Positions 25,153-36,175 of a DNA stretch of 64,000 nucleotides are shown here, in pieces; positions within the stretch are counted from its first letter, which is position 1; each line of letters opens with the position of its first letter. A program made the translations under genes and the position numbers. The DNA comes from Basidiobolus meristosporus CBS 931.73. Its lineage: Eukaryota > Fungi > Basidiobolomycota. The stretch spans positions 11,714-75,713 of the forward strand of contig MCFE01000434.1 of assembly GCA_002104905.1 (NCBI GenBank), given 5' to 3'. The notes under the pieces were generated by a model, which saw only the letters and a list, made by a program, of their open reading frames with translations, did no database searches and was not told the DNA's origin.

Positions 25153-25162
25153 CCGTGGTTAC
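25153..25162 (+). promoter_or_regulatory. Conserved upstream motif CCGTGGTTAC (PHO89 copy 6)
   Basis: The 9-mer core is exact and ends 373 bp before ATG 25535. Confidence 0.62.
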
Positions 25163-25534
25163 AATTTCATCAGACTCGTGAATATTCATAAAGCGACCGG
25201 GATTTATTCATGTTGATCGGAAAGATATAGATCCTAGAATGCAGTCAGCTTCTGGGAGGAATTCCAATGGAGTAACTAGCAAATAACCAATGGATTTCGT
25301 GAGGCGCCTTTCGTGATGCTAAGCCTGAGCTTGCTCCAAAGATATGGGATTCCAATTTCGATTTTGGACTAGTCAGTTGGATATCTCATGTTCGACACAA
25401 ACTTTATATCCAAAACAGGTTCTCGCATAGCACAAAATAAACCTTAAGCAGGATGGCTCTTTTCATATAAATACCAGTCGGGATAGCCACTACCTATCAC
25501 TTAGAAAAGTGAATCAATCTAGAGCTTCCTCATT

Positions 25535-27055
25535 ATGCTAGTCCACGACTTCACTTGGATATTCGTGGTGTGTATCATCTTCGCCTTTCTTGATGCCTAC
25601 GGTATCGGTGCGAACGATGTTGCCAACTCGTTCTCCACCTCCGTCTCCTCAAAATCTCTCACCCTTGGCCAGGCCTGCGCCATCGCCGTGTTCACCGAGT
25701 TCTTGGGCGCCTTCCTGATGGGCTCAGGAACAGCCGAGACAATCAAAGGAAAGATCATCTCCATTAAGAACTTCGAGAACCAGCCCGAGCTACTCATGCT
25801 TGCCATGACATGCGCCCTAGTGGGTTCATCCACCTGGGTGCTGTTTGCCACAAAGAATGGATGGCCAGTGTCGACCACTCACGCGATTGTCGGGGCAATC
25901 ATCGGAGTAGGGATCGCAGCATTCGGGCCAAGCTCGGTTGACTGGAGCTACAACGGAGTGGCCAAGATCATCACCTCCTGGTTCATCTCCCCCGTGTGTG
26001 CTGGTATAGTGGCCAGTACAATCTACTTGGTAACCAAGCATGGCGTGCTGAAGCACAAGAACTCCTTTGAGCGTGGCCTCATTGCCATCCCCTTGTACTT
26101 TGGATTCACCGCATTCATCAACGCCTTCTACATCATCTACAAAGGATCTCCAGGCCTTAACCTTGCCTCCGCCTCACCAGGAGCCATTTGGGGATCCACC
26201 GTTGGCATCACAGTTGCCGTGATGCTCTTCTGCTGGTTCTTCATTCGTCCTTGGTTGGTTCGCAAGCTCCAGAAGAAGGAGGATCTCCGCTGGTATCATG
26301 TCTTTGTCGTGCCTTTCCTCGGCCCCCGTCCAAGCATGACCATTCACAGTGAAGAGGAAGGGAAGGCTGAGAAGGGTGAGCATCAGATTGCTGAAGAAGG
26401 TGACGCTGCCCCCACTGGTGTCTTCGAGCGCATCAAGGCTGTCGTGTTACACGGTGTCCGCAAGGATGTTGTCAACTGCAAAGGCGAGAGAATGCAGAAG
26501 ATCCACGATGCCGCCATCAGATATGACGATGACACCGAGTACATGTACAGCTTCCTCCAGGTCATCACTGCCTCCATGGCCTCATTTGCCCATGGCTCGA
26601 ACGATGTTGCCAATGCTGTTGGCCCACTCTCCACCGTGTATCATGTGTGGAGCACTGGCACCGTCGACGTTAGTGGAAAGACACCAATTCCGTTGTGGGT
26701 GTTGGCCATGGGAGGTGTAGCCATTGATCTTGGACTGATCACCTATGGCTATCACATCATGCGCACCCTCGGCAACAAGATCACCTACCACTCACCCACT
26801 CGTGGATTCAGCATGGAGCTCGGCAGCTCGTTGACTGTGCTGACCGCCTCGAAGATCGGACTGCCAGTGTCCACCACGCACTGCATCACCGGGGCCACCG
26901 CAGCAGTCGGACTGTGCAACGGAACAGCGAGCTCACTCAACTGGAGAATCATCGCATGGTGCTTCTTGTCCTGGATCCTGACCCTTCCGTTTGCAGGAGT
27001 TGTTGCTGGGCTTTTATTCTCATTTGCTGCATATGCTCCTAAATTTGCCCTCTAA
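25535..27055 (+). CDS. PHO89: PiT-family Na+/phosphate symporter, copy 6, 506 aa
   Basis: Intact ORF with private substitutions (STGTVDVSGKTPIP, GYHIM). TATAAA at 25466. Confidence 0.96.
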   Translation: MLVHDFTWIFVVCIIFAFLDAYGIGANDVANSFSTSVSSKSLTLGQACAIAVFTEFLGAFLMGSGTAETIKGKIISIKNFENQPELLMLAMTCALVGSSTWVLFATKNGWPVSTTHAIVGAIIGVGIAAFGPSSVDWSYNGVAKIITSWFISPVCAGIVASTIYLVTKHGVLKHKNSFERGLIAIPLYFGFTAFINAFYIIYKGSPGLNLASASPGAIWGSTVGITVAVMLFCWFFIRPWLVRKLQKKEDLRWYHVFVVPFLGPRPSMTIHSEEEGKAEKGEHQIAEEGDAAPTGVFERIKAVVLHGVRKDVVNCKGERMQKIHDAAIRYDDDTEYMYSFLQVITASMASFAHGSNDVANAVGPLSTVYHVWSTGTVDVSGKTPIPLWVLAMGGVAIDLGLITYGYHIMRTLGNKITYHSPTRGFSMELGSSLTVLTASKIGLPVSTTHCITGATAAVGLCNGTASSLNWRIIAWCFLSWILTLPFAGVVAGLLFSFAAYAPKFAL

Positions 27056-27407
27056 GTTTCAAGATATAGCATTGCCTGATATAGTACGCATGGTTTCATA
27101 CCCGTTGAGCTGTGTAGGAGTGGTATGATTATGAATAATTTTATTTTAGTGAGAAACTCACCATCCTGGTAGAGTTTTGACACCTGATTTCTAGAAAATA
27201 AAATCATGTATAACATCCAACTAGAAATCACACTAAACATCAAGCTATATTTCACATTACTAGAGCAGCCAACATAAAGGTTTTTATAGAGTGTTTCCCT
27301 GGAATTCTAGAAAGTATGATGATAACTTATGGTACACGATACATTTTATGATGGGATTAGTAGTGATATATGTGAGGGACACCCTAACTAGTTTCTGCGA
27401 AAGTTGA

Positions 27408-29139
27408 CTATGACTGCACGGATGAAACATGCATATTCTCCATCATCTTCCGGATACCATCCACCCGTTTGTTCTGCCGATTATATGGGTGACTGGAGTT
27501 TTGCTTATGGTTACGCTTTTTTGTAGCACCTCCTCCAGCGGTACGAGGACCCCCACGAGGCAACTTTGTTTGATGTGCAGTGCGGGAAGGATTTGGGCTT
27601 GGCAGTGGTTCGAATTCTTTCACTACTGACCAATAGATCCGTTCTTCTGCTTCTGTGAGTGCCTTCAGTTGAACCATTTCGGTGCCAATGGTAAATCCAA
27701 CTTGCTGAAGCCTTTCAACGGTTTGTCGAGCGAGCGGCTTCTTCAATCGAATGTGCCCGGTTGTTTCATCTCTACGATAGTCTACGAATGCGACTTCCAC
27801 GAACTTCGAAAATGATTTCTACATCATCGAAAAGGGTTACTGAGACGCTCCATACGCAGTGAATCACGCATGAGATATAATAACCTTTATAATGGCGTGA
27901 TTGCTGGAAGGATCCACCCCAGAGAAATATATTACTCGGTTGAGATCCGATTTTCCCTTGCTCTTCTTTTTTGCTTTGCTTTGCTTGGCGGGTTGAATTC
28001 TAGTCACTCATGGTTACCAATCTGACAGGGTGAAGCCTAAATAACCTTAAAATACCTCTTTAAACTGACGCTAATCTGCCTGCCATCATAGATATGCTGA
28101 GCATTAAGAACTCGGGCGGTCTCCTCGATTGACGTGAATTCAACAAAGATTGCTCCCTAAAGAGTGGATGGTGCTTAGTAAGCCTCACTTGGGGTTGGTG
28201 GTACCGAGCACATACCTTGTATTTGGGGTCATCAGTTGGTCGGATCAACACGACAGATTGGACAGTGCCAAATTGTGCAAAGTAATTTTTCATTTCTTCG
28301 ATGGTGGTAGTTTTACTGAACCCGTGCTAGATACGAAATATGTCACGAGAGAAAGATCAGTCGCCTGCGTGGTATTCGAGCGTTTCGTCGTGTACAATTC
28401 ATTACCGCATAGAGGGTGTTCTCATCTTTGTCGGCCTTGATGAAGCCCTCGAAGGGGATCCGACGTCGAACTCTGAGCTGGTCTTGACTAACTTCAAGTA
28501 TGGTGGATTCGTTTAAGGCAGCGAGGATCAGTCCCATGTCGCTGGAGATGTTTTTGATTCGCTTGAAGGAGGCCAGCATTGCAATAGGAACCCCTACATG
28601 ATATGAACGAGTCGAATGTAAGGAGAAGTTATGCAAAGCAGAATGTGAGCTGGTTTGGTCAAAGGGTTGAAAAGGAAGCATTGCAAGCGTGGCAGCCGAC
28701 AATCGGCTCCTGGTAGGATAAAAAAGATACCAGGAAACTGCAGATATATAGCACAGATGTTTCCCGTGGCACTGTCATGTTTTCGTTAACCGTAGCTGTG
28801 AACTTCAACCAACATGGACAGGGAAAACGAGCCCCACGTGGAAGGTGGGAAAAGGAAGGGCTTAAGGTGAAAGCTTTACTTACAACCATCTTCGAAAGAA
28901 GAGCTTTTCACTTGGGCTAAGGTTGCCTTGATCTGCTCGTCACTAAAATACCCTTCAAAACAATCTCTGAGTTTGATCTTCAAAATGGAAATCAGGCCTG
29001 GACTTGGCGTTGGCATCTGTGGCGGGGTATCGTCTGTCGACATGGATTCTACATCGTTGCTAGGCGAGTGGAATTTCTCTGGGTTGGTAGGAACGAAGTT
29101 GCTACTTGCTAAACCGAGGTGAACCTGTCCAGCATTCAT
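27408..29139 (-). CDS. La-related protein of LARP7 type (La motif + RRM1 + C-terminal xRRM-like domain), multi-exon
   Basis: La motif FEGYFSDE..EDG|WVPIAMLASFKRIK..LEVSQDQLRVRR across intron 28883-28594. RRM1 reads TLYAHGF..YFAQFGTV..K|GAIFVEF. The second RRM reads VAFVDYRRDETTGHIRLK and is followed by a basic tail. Confidence 0.8.
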
Positions 29140-29365
29140 GATATTTTCCGCCCAGGAGAGCCTGTCTCATCGTAGGCCATTTATAGGACCAAGAAAATTC
29201 CAGCCATGAGATTTATTACATCCCGGCGATTTCTGGAGAAAATGAACCATCTGAATTGGGATTTTTCTGCTTTATTTATATTTCGCTGTGGAATACGTAG
29301 TAAATAGGCTTGATGCGTATATTTTGTTGCTTGTGAATTCAATCTATGTTGTGCTGGGGAATAGG

Positions 29366-31820
29366 TCACGGCGATCGCGGCTGACCTTTCTCTCTATTCT
29401 TCTCGGAAAGCCCTTCTTTGCGGACCTCGGCCATAAACTTACCAACCATCTGTAAATCCACCTCCTGATCACTCTCCACTGCTTTGATCAAAGATCCAAG
29501 CAGTGTGTCTACCTCAAGGACTGGCACGCCGCAGCAAGCGGCGATCAGCTTTTTGCACTGCTGCTCCTTCTCCGTTGACCGGTGGCGCATCTCATCCACT
29601 TCACGTCTTAGCTCCGCATCATTCCTGGCATACGCGGCCAGCCGGGAACGCAGATGGCCGATCTCTCGTTCTAGCTGGTGTTCGTAGCGGAGCTCCGCAG
29701 CTCCAGGGCTATTCCGCTCGCGGACGTGATTTGGGGTCTCAGGTGTGGGCGGGAAGTTGAATTGGGTCGAGATCGGCTCCATCTTAGGCTTGAGCTCGTC
29801 CAGATGGATCAGTTGCTTCTTCAGCGGCTGTATTTTCTCGTTCTCTTTCTGAAGGACGTTCTGGAGGTTGGCTACCTTGGTCTGGGTCTCCTCGAACTGG
29901 TGTACTTTCGATTGCATCGTCTGGATTTGTCTTCTGGCCTCCGCCAGCTCCTGGGTGGCCGTCTGAAGCTCCAGTTTGGCTGCGATCAGCTCGTGCTTTT
30001 TGCTATTGATTTCCGCGGTGAAGGCCGTCTCTAGTTCGGTAACCATGCTTTGCACCACTACAAGAGAGAACGTGCTTTGGTCAGTAAAGGTGGATCTTCG
30101 ATTGGATCAGGATGTAGCCACCAACCATTGACCAACTCGGCGCCATACTTGGAGGGCGTGAATGTTCCGATGGTGCCTTCATTGGAGGTGCGTTGCAGGT
30201 CTGCGCCAGGATGATCGACCTAACAGAAGTGCCCAGTGAACCAAGACATCGTGTAAACAGGTGTAGAAGCAGAGACATTGAACAAATGATACTGAATCGG
30301 GAATTACCTTGGTTTTAGAAGTACCGGGCAACCCGAAATCCCGCGGCCTGACTCCAGCTCGATTCGGAAGATCCACGTTCGCCTCAACATCCATCAGCTG
30401 CCGCACCAGGCTTCGGACGCCTAGTCTTGCTGCAATGTTGAGCGGAGTATCTCCTTTTCGGTCCTGCAGGTCTATCACATCCATGAACTTCATGTCGTTC
30501 CTGGCCATCCACTCAAGCAAGACCTCCATGTAGTAGCTCGCGGCCTCTAACCGTCCCTTGATAGAGGCGGTCAAGACAATGTGATGGAACACCGTGCGGT
30601 GCTTGTGGTCAGACACAGCGATTGCGTCTTGGAAGAATCGTAGAAGGGTGGGAAAGGTCTGGCTGTCGAAATTGTTGGTGACCAGAACCGCTCTGATGAG
30701 CCCAGTCTCCCCAGCAGCATTTTTGCGTAGCGGATTGGCCCCCAGATGAAGTAGACGCTCAAGGATCGAGATTCGGCCGAGCGCCGCTGCCCAATGAAGA
30801 GCCGAATGGCCATGTTCATCGATGATCATGTCCACGTCGAAGTCAGAGGGTGGATTCGGAGCAGTTAATATGGATGGTAGAGTAGATGTATCTTCCCCCA
30901 CAAAGAGCCCCATCAGCATTTTACGATAACGCGCTACGTTCGGCGCCTCATGATTGTCAGCATTGGCTCCACGAACTGGCGTAGTTGGTGAGAGATTCGA
31001 TGCTGGGGAATGGACCAGGGGTGGGCCAACATTCGAAACAAACTTGTGCCGTTTCTTTGGGAGATCAAGGTTTCTGATGCTGGAGGGGGTAGATTGCGGA
31101 GATTCCTCCCGAGTGGGTGTGGCAAGCAGCGGCGAGGGAGTGGGAGAAACACGGCTTTGCGAACGGGAGTCCGATTGACCTCGGGAGCGCTTCACCAGTG
31201 GGCTTGGGGTGGGCGGGACTGGGGAATTTCGTCTCTTCTTCTGGTAGCTGTTAACACTTCCATTGGATGCCTTACTCACGGCTAGGGCCTGCTCACGAGC
31301 CTGCTCCTTGGTGGGCGTTCTATCTTTGGAACCATTGGCGGTGGGGTTATAGTACAGCAACGGGTGTAGTAGAGCTTCGACCTCATATTGTTCAGCCAAC
31401 TCTAACCCACGCTCAAAAGGGATCCTGGGAAAGCAACGGTTAGCCCTTGCAGAAGAAGGAACCACCAAAGGCCGACGTAACACAACAATTCGTTCCGGCT
31501 GAAAAAGAGTATAACGTCTGGCCAGAAGCATCCGCAGGGATACTTTCAGGTGTAGTTCAAGAGATTGTAGGGTGAGGTGCTTACCAAGTTCCTTGATATT
31601 TACCATATCCGCCTTGGACTTTTTCATGCTCTCCGTTCAATACCTCTCGTTCCAGAATCTTGGTTCGCTTCCCCTTGTCTATTCCTGCTACCTTAAGGAT
31701 TTGGGTAGCATTCAAATAGGAATCGCTGCGTCGTCGCATCACTGCTATTCCACGACAGATCATTTCATAGACCGACACTCCGGAATAAACAGCGGAGTAA
31801 ATGTTGGAAATGGTGGACAT
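29366..31820 (-). CDS. Mbp1/Res1/Res2/Swi4-family G1/S transcription factor (APSES/KilA-N + ankyrin repeats + coiled coil), 4 exons
   Basis: [38 protein letters not shown]|IPFERG, ankyrin repeats [13 protein letters not shown] and [12 protein letters not shown], and the C-terminal [15 protein letters not shown]. First intron 31584-31425. Confidence 0.93.
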
Positions 31821-32523
31821 TTTCCGCGAAATATATATATATTGGTGGGAGGTGAGGTTTGTGGCGAATGCTCAGTCTGAAGCCGGGGCCAGTGTGTTCA
31901 ATATATTTATTCAAGTTGGTGGCAGCAAACCGTGGCTTGCTGATGGCTCCACAAATAGAGAAGGAAGGATACACTAGAGGGAAGGGGTTGCGGAAGGGGG
32001 CGGAAAAGGACAACCAAAGGCCACAATAAATATTGGTTCAGAAGAAGAAAGACCCCAAGTGTGGTAGGAAAGCAAAGAACCCACTTGGCGTCACATAAAG
32101 CAGGGACTGTGCGCGTTACCTGGGGAACTGATAGGTGATAATCATTCACCTACAAATTCTTCAAATAAATCCTGGTTTATCCAAGCTCAATACATAAAAA
32201 GGAATGTTGCTCAACTAGAATGGCCATTTGGTATTAATCGTTTAGGGTTGCTAGCAATGATTGCGCGTTGGCCGTCTTCTGATTTTCTATTCTGTACTCA
32301 TTGTAGTTGAATATTCGCCCCAATCTTTGACCAATAGACAGAGAGAGCATGGAAAGTCGTTTGGAATCCCGTTATTCGATGCTGAAAAGACCAATTGAAG
32401 ACCCTCCTAGTGACTGCTCCTCATCCCTATGTTTAAAGTAATCAACAAACCTAATCATGAATGATCGAGTTTCATAAGATGGCTCCATAAATTTCTCCTT
32501 CCTTTAACTCTTGTTACCCAACA

Positions 32524-33576
32524 ATGGATTTTCTGTCGGCCAGCTTGAAAGAAGAAATCGAGAAGAAGCGCAAGTTGCTCGATAAAGCCCAAGGAAATGA
32601 CACGAAGAGTAAAAAGTTTGTGAGACGTGCGGATCTAGAGAAGATCCGGGAGCAGGAGTACATGGAGGAGCAAGCCAAATTGGAGCAAAAGCGCCAGGAG
32701 AAATTGCAGGAGCGGCTAGGCCAGATCCAGGATGCCAAGGAGGAATCGGAAAAAAATGCCAGCAACAAGGAGGATCCGGTGGTGGAGATATTGAATACCC
32801 CCTCCGACGAAGTGATTCGCCGTCTACGTGCCAAGGGCGAGCCGATTCGGTTGTTCGGTGAAACAGATAAGCAGCGCAACATCCGTCTGCGAACCCTCGA
32901 GTTAATGGAAGAGAGATCTGAGGGTCAGCGAAACGATTTCATGAAAACTCTGGAAGCCATGGAGGCTGGCTTAGATCTGGAGAATCTCAAGAAACAAGCA
33001 GGGGAGGTTGACAACCATGAAAAGAAAAAGCGCAAGGACGATAGCGCACGTGCTGTTGACACCACTCAGATCTCGCTGGAGATGTTGAGTAGTGAGCCAG
33101 AAAAGGTGTACGGAATCATATACACCTACTTTAAGCGTCTTTTGCGTGAATGGGAGTACGATCTTAACGATCGTCCCGAGCATGTGAAGAGAAGTACCCA
33201 AGGAAAGCACGCATCAGCTACTCAAAAACAGACTGCCGAATACCTGTCACCGTTCTTCAAACTGCTGAAGCGTAAGGAGCTGGAGAAGGACGTTCTGGCT
33301 AGAATCACCGAAATAGTACAACGTATGCAGCAAAGGGAATATCTCCAGGCAAACGATTCCTATCTTCGACTCTCGATCGGTAACTCACCCTGGCCTATTG
33401 GTGTGACGATGGTGGGTATTCACGAACGTTCAGCACGCGAGAAGATTTTCTCCAACCAAGTGGCACATGTGCTCAACGACGAAACGCAACGAAAATGGAT
33501 CCAGTCTATTAAACGCCTGATGACATTTTGCCAAAGCAAATACCCGCCTGATGATTTAAGCAAGATGATCGGGTAA
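32524..33576 (+). CDS. PRP18: Pre-mRNA splicing factor Prp18, 350 aa
   Basis: Splicing-factor motif EVIRRLRAKGEPIRLFGET and Prp18 domain YLRLSIGNSPWPIGVTMVGIHERSAREKI..VLNDETQRKWIQSIKRL. Confidence 0.96.
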   Translation: MDFLSASLKEEIEKKRKLLDKAQGNDTKSKKFVRRADLEKIREQEYMEEQAKLEQKRQEKLQERLGQIQDAKEESEKNASNKEDPVVEILNTPSDEVIRRLRAKGEPIRLFGETDKQRNIRLRTLELMEERSEGQRNDFMKTLEAMEAGLDLENLKKQAGEVDNHEKKKRKDDSARAVDTTQISLEMLSSEPEKVYGIIYTYFKRLLREWEYDLNDRPEHVKRSTQGKHASATQKQTAEYLSPFFKLLKRKELEKDVLARITEIVQRMQQREYLQANDSYLRLSIGNSPWPIGVTMVGIHERSAREKIFSNQVAHVLNDETQRKWIQSIKRLMTFCQSKYPPDDLSKMIG

Positions 33577-34332
33577 TCATGTATAGTCGTGGGTGATTTT
33601 TGTATCTTTCCTTTTATCAATGGATCGCTTTGGGCGCTTTGGGCAAACCCTTTGTATTTTAAACCTTCCCATTAATGATTTACTCTCATACTATCGTTCA
33701 AGCCGAGCGGCATTAAATTCGATTTCAGAATGCTCCAAGTGGCAGTAGGTGTGGGAAATGCCTCACATGCTGACCACAGTCCCTAGCACAAAGCACCTGT
33801 GTTTTATATCGGTTAAATTGTAGGCTTCTGTTCGGGTGTCCACGGGCGCGTCGGGCTGGACCGGAGAGTCTGATGCTGTAAAAATGGAAATTTCAATCTG
33901 AACCAAAGATTATATCATCAAATTATAACAGAGAACCCTTCAATTACCAGATACACGGGTCCGATCTATCAGTGTGAAGGTGAAGGATATGGATATTATG
34001 TGATAATCAAGATTCTTGACTGCTGAATATGTACAGTAACTGAGAAAAGGCGCTGGATGCTTGAAAACTATTGAGGGATAATCGGAAACCCCAGGAATCA
34101 AGGGATGTGAACCTTATGCGATATGGAAACCAAACTCTTGATGTAAATCAAAAGTACACTGAACTGGCCGGGGCAGCGTTGAGGTGTCACTAGAGGATCT
34201 AGAGATTGATCGAGTGCATGATAATTGATGTTGAAGATTGATAGGCAAAAGATTTTTCGTGGAGGGAAGTTATAAAAAGAACCCTGAAGAACGACGCAAC
34301 GGCATCTGAAAAACACTCAGAATACATAGGAA

Positions 34333-35857
34333 ATGACCACTAAATTCCACGGAAACGAGAACGTCGCATGCGAAGCTCACGAGCCTGATTTTCTTCAATG
34401 TGTTGAGGGCTTTTTCGATCAAGCTGCTGCAGTGTGCGGCGTGAAGAAATCCACCTTAAGTGCCATTCGCGGCATCGACGCTGTATTGTCAGTAACTTTC
34501 CCAATTGAGGTAGCTTTCACATCCATACGTATGATTACGATTACCAGCACCCATTAACAACGTTTATTAGCGCGAGAATGGTGAAACCGAAATTGTTCGC
34601 GGCTACCGTGCCCAACATTCCCGCCATAAGCTTCCAGTCAAGGGAGGCATTCGTTATGCCAAAGATGTTGATATGCATGAGGTCGAGGCCCTTGCCTCCC
34701 TCATGACCTACAAGTGTGCCGTTGTGGATGTTCCATTCGGTGGAGCCAAGGGCGGAGTGGCCATCAACCCACGTGAGTACACGGTCGGCGAGTTGGAGCG
34801 CATCACTCGTCGTTTCGCTTTGGAGCTGTGCCAGAAGAACTTCCTTGGCCCTGGTGTGGATGTCCCAGCGCCTGATGTGAACACTGGTGGACGCGAGATG
34901 ACCTGGATCATGGACACCTACCGCCAGCTCAACCCCACCGACATCAACGCCCCTGGCTGCATCACTGGCAAGCCAATCAACCAAGGCGGTGTTCGCGGCC
35001 GTACTGAGGCTACTGGCCTCGGAGTGTACTACAGCACTCGCGAGTTCCTGAAGTTCGAGCAGGTCCAGAAGGTCACTGGACTCACTGGGGACATTGAAGG
35101 CAAGACTGTGTCACTCCAGGGCTTCGGCAACGTGTCCTTCTATGCTGCCAAGTTCTTCATTGCCAACGGAGCCAAGGTTGTGGCTGTGTCCGACAGCAAG
35201 TTCTGCGCCTACAACAAGGACGGCCTGGATATCGAGAAGCTTGGAAAGTACAAGGCTGAGCATGGTTCGCTGAAGGGTTACCCTGATGCTGAGATCACCG
35301 AGGGATCCACCAAGGCCTTGGAGGTCGAGTGTGATATCCTTGTCCCATCTGCTCTTGAGCGTCAAATCGGCCTGAAGAATGTCCACAACATCAAGGCCAA
35401 GATCATCAACGAGGGAGCCAACGGGCCCATCACCCCTGCTGCCCACGAGATCCTTGTACAAAAGGGAGTCGTGATTGTTCCCGATCTTCTTGCCAATGCT
35501 GGAGGAGTGTGTGTGTCCTACTTCGAGTGGCTGAAGAATGTGTCCCACGTCCGCTTCGGTCGTATGAATAGAAAATGGGAAGAGCAAGGCAAGGAGCGTC
35601 TTCTCGCACTTGTTGAGGAGCAAGCTGGTCGCAAACTGTCCGAGTCAGAGCGCCAACAAGTGATCCACGGAGCTGAAGAGCACGAGCTTGTGTACTCTGG
35701 CTTGGAGGATACCATGATCAAGGCTTGTGAGGAGACCAGAATCACAGCTGAAGAATTCGGGGATATTGACTACCGCAAGGCAGCCATTGCCAATGCCATT
35801 CGCAAGATTGCTTCGTGCTTAGAGGGCACTGGTGTTATGTTTGCCAGCCGTGGTTAA
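34333..35857 (+). CDS. GDH: Glutamate dehydrogenase (GLUD/Dictyostelium-type with antenna), copy 1, 487 aa; 2 exons (34333-34509, 34571-35857)
   Basis: [55 protein letters not shown] 61-bp GT-AG intron restores the frame (TFPIE|RENGE). Confidence 0.95.
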
Positions 35858-36175
35858 CTTACCAAATCTATTCAACTAATTCTCATTAGACGTTTCAATC
35901 CACTTATTTGTACAAATTCATTGCAATAAACGTTTACTTCCTGATAGGATCAAACAAACACAAATTTTCGATTATCTGAGATTTCAGATGTGTAAACCAG
36001 TTTTTCCAATCATGAGGTCATGCTTTGCATCAGAAGGTTTCAGTAACTCTAGAGATCGATTATCAAACCATAGATTTTAGATAAACGAGCAAAAATAAGG
36101 TAAATGATACTAAAGACCAAATTTATTTAAATTAAATATACAACGGGATGATAGCTGAGTACTGATGCTTCCCGT

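Noticed and set aside
13400-25534. Canonical Pho4 sites in PHO89 promoters
   Set aside because: I saw no CACGTG. One CACGTT (reverse, about 20755) is not conserved in the duplicated copy 5 spacer.
13975-26791. Recurrent 60-226 aa alternative-frame and antisense ORFs over the PHO89 copies
   Set aside because: Same shadow effect. They break at synonymous differences between copies.
13955-27055. Periodic repeat-spacer architecture resembling a CRISPR or cassette array
   Set aside because: The repeats are 1.5-kb eukaryotic genes and the spacers are promoters and terminators. There are no short direct repeats or cas genes.
31425-31584. 160-bp intron in the APSES domain as a snoRNA host
   Set aside because: It is longer than average, but I found no C box, ACA box or convincing stems.
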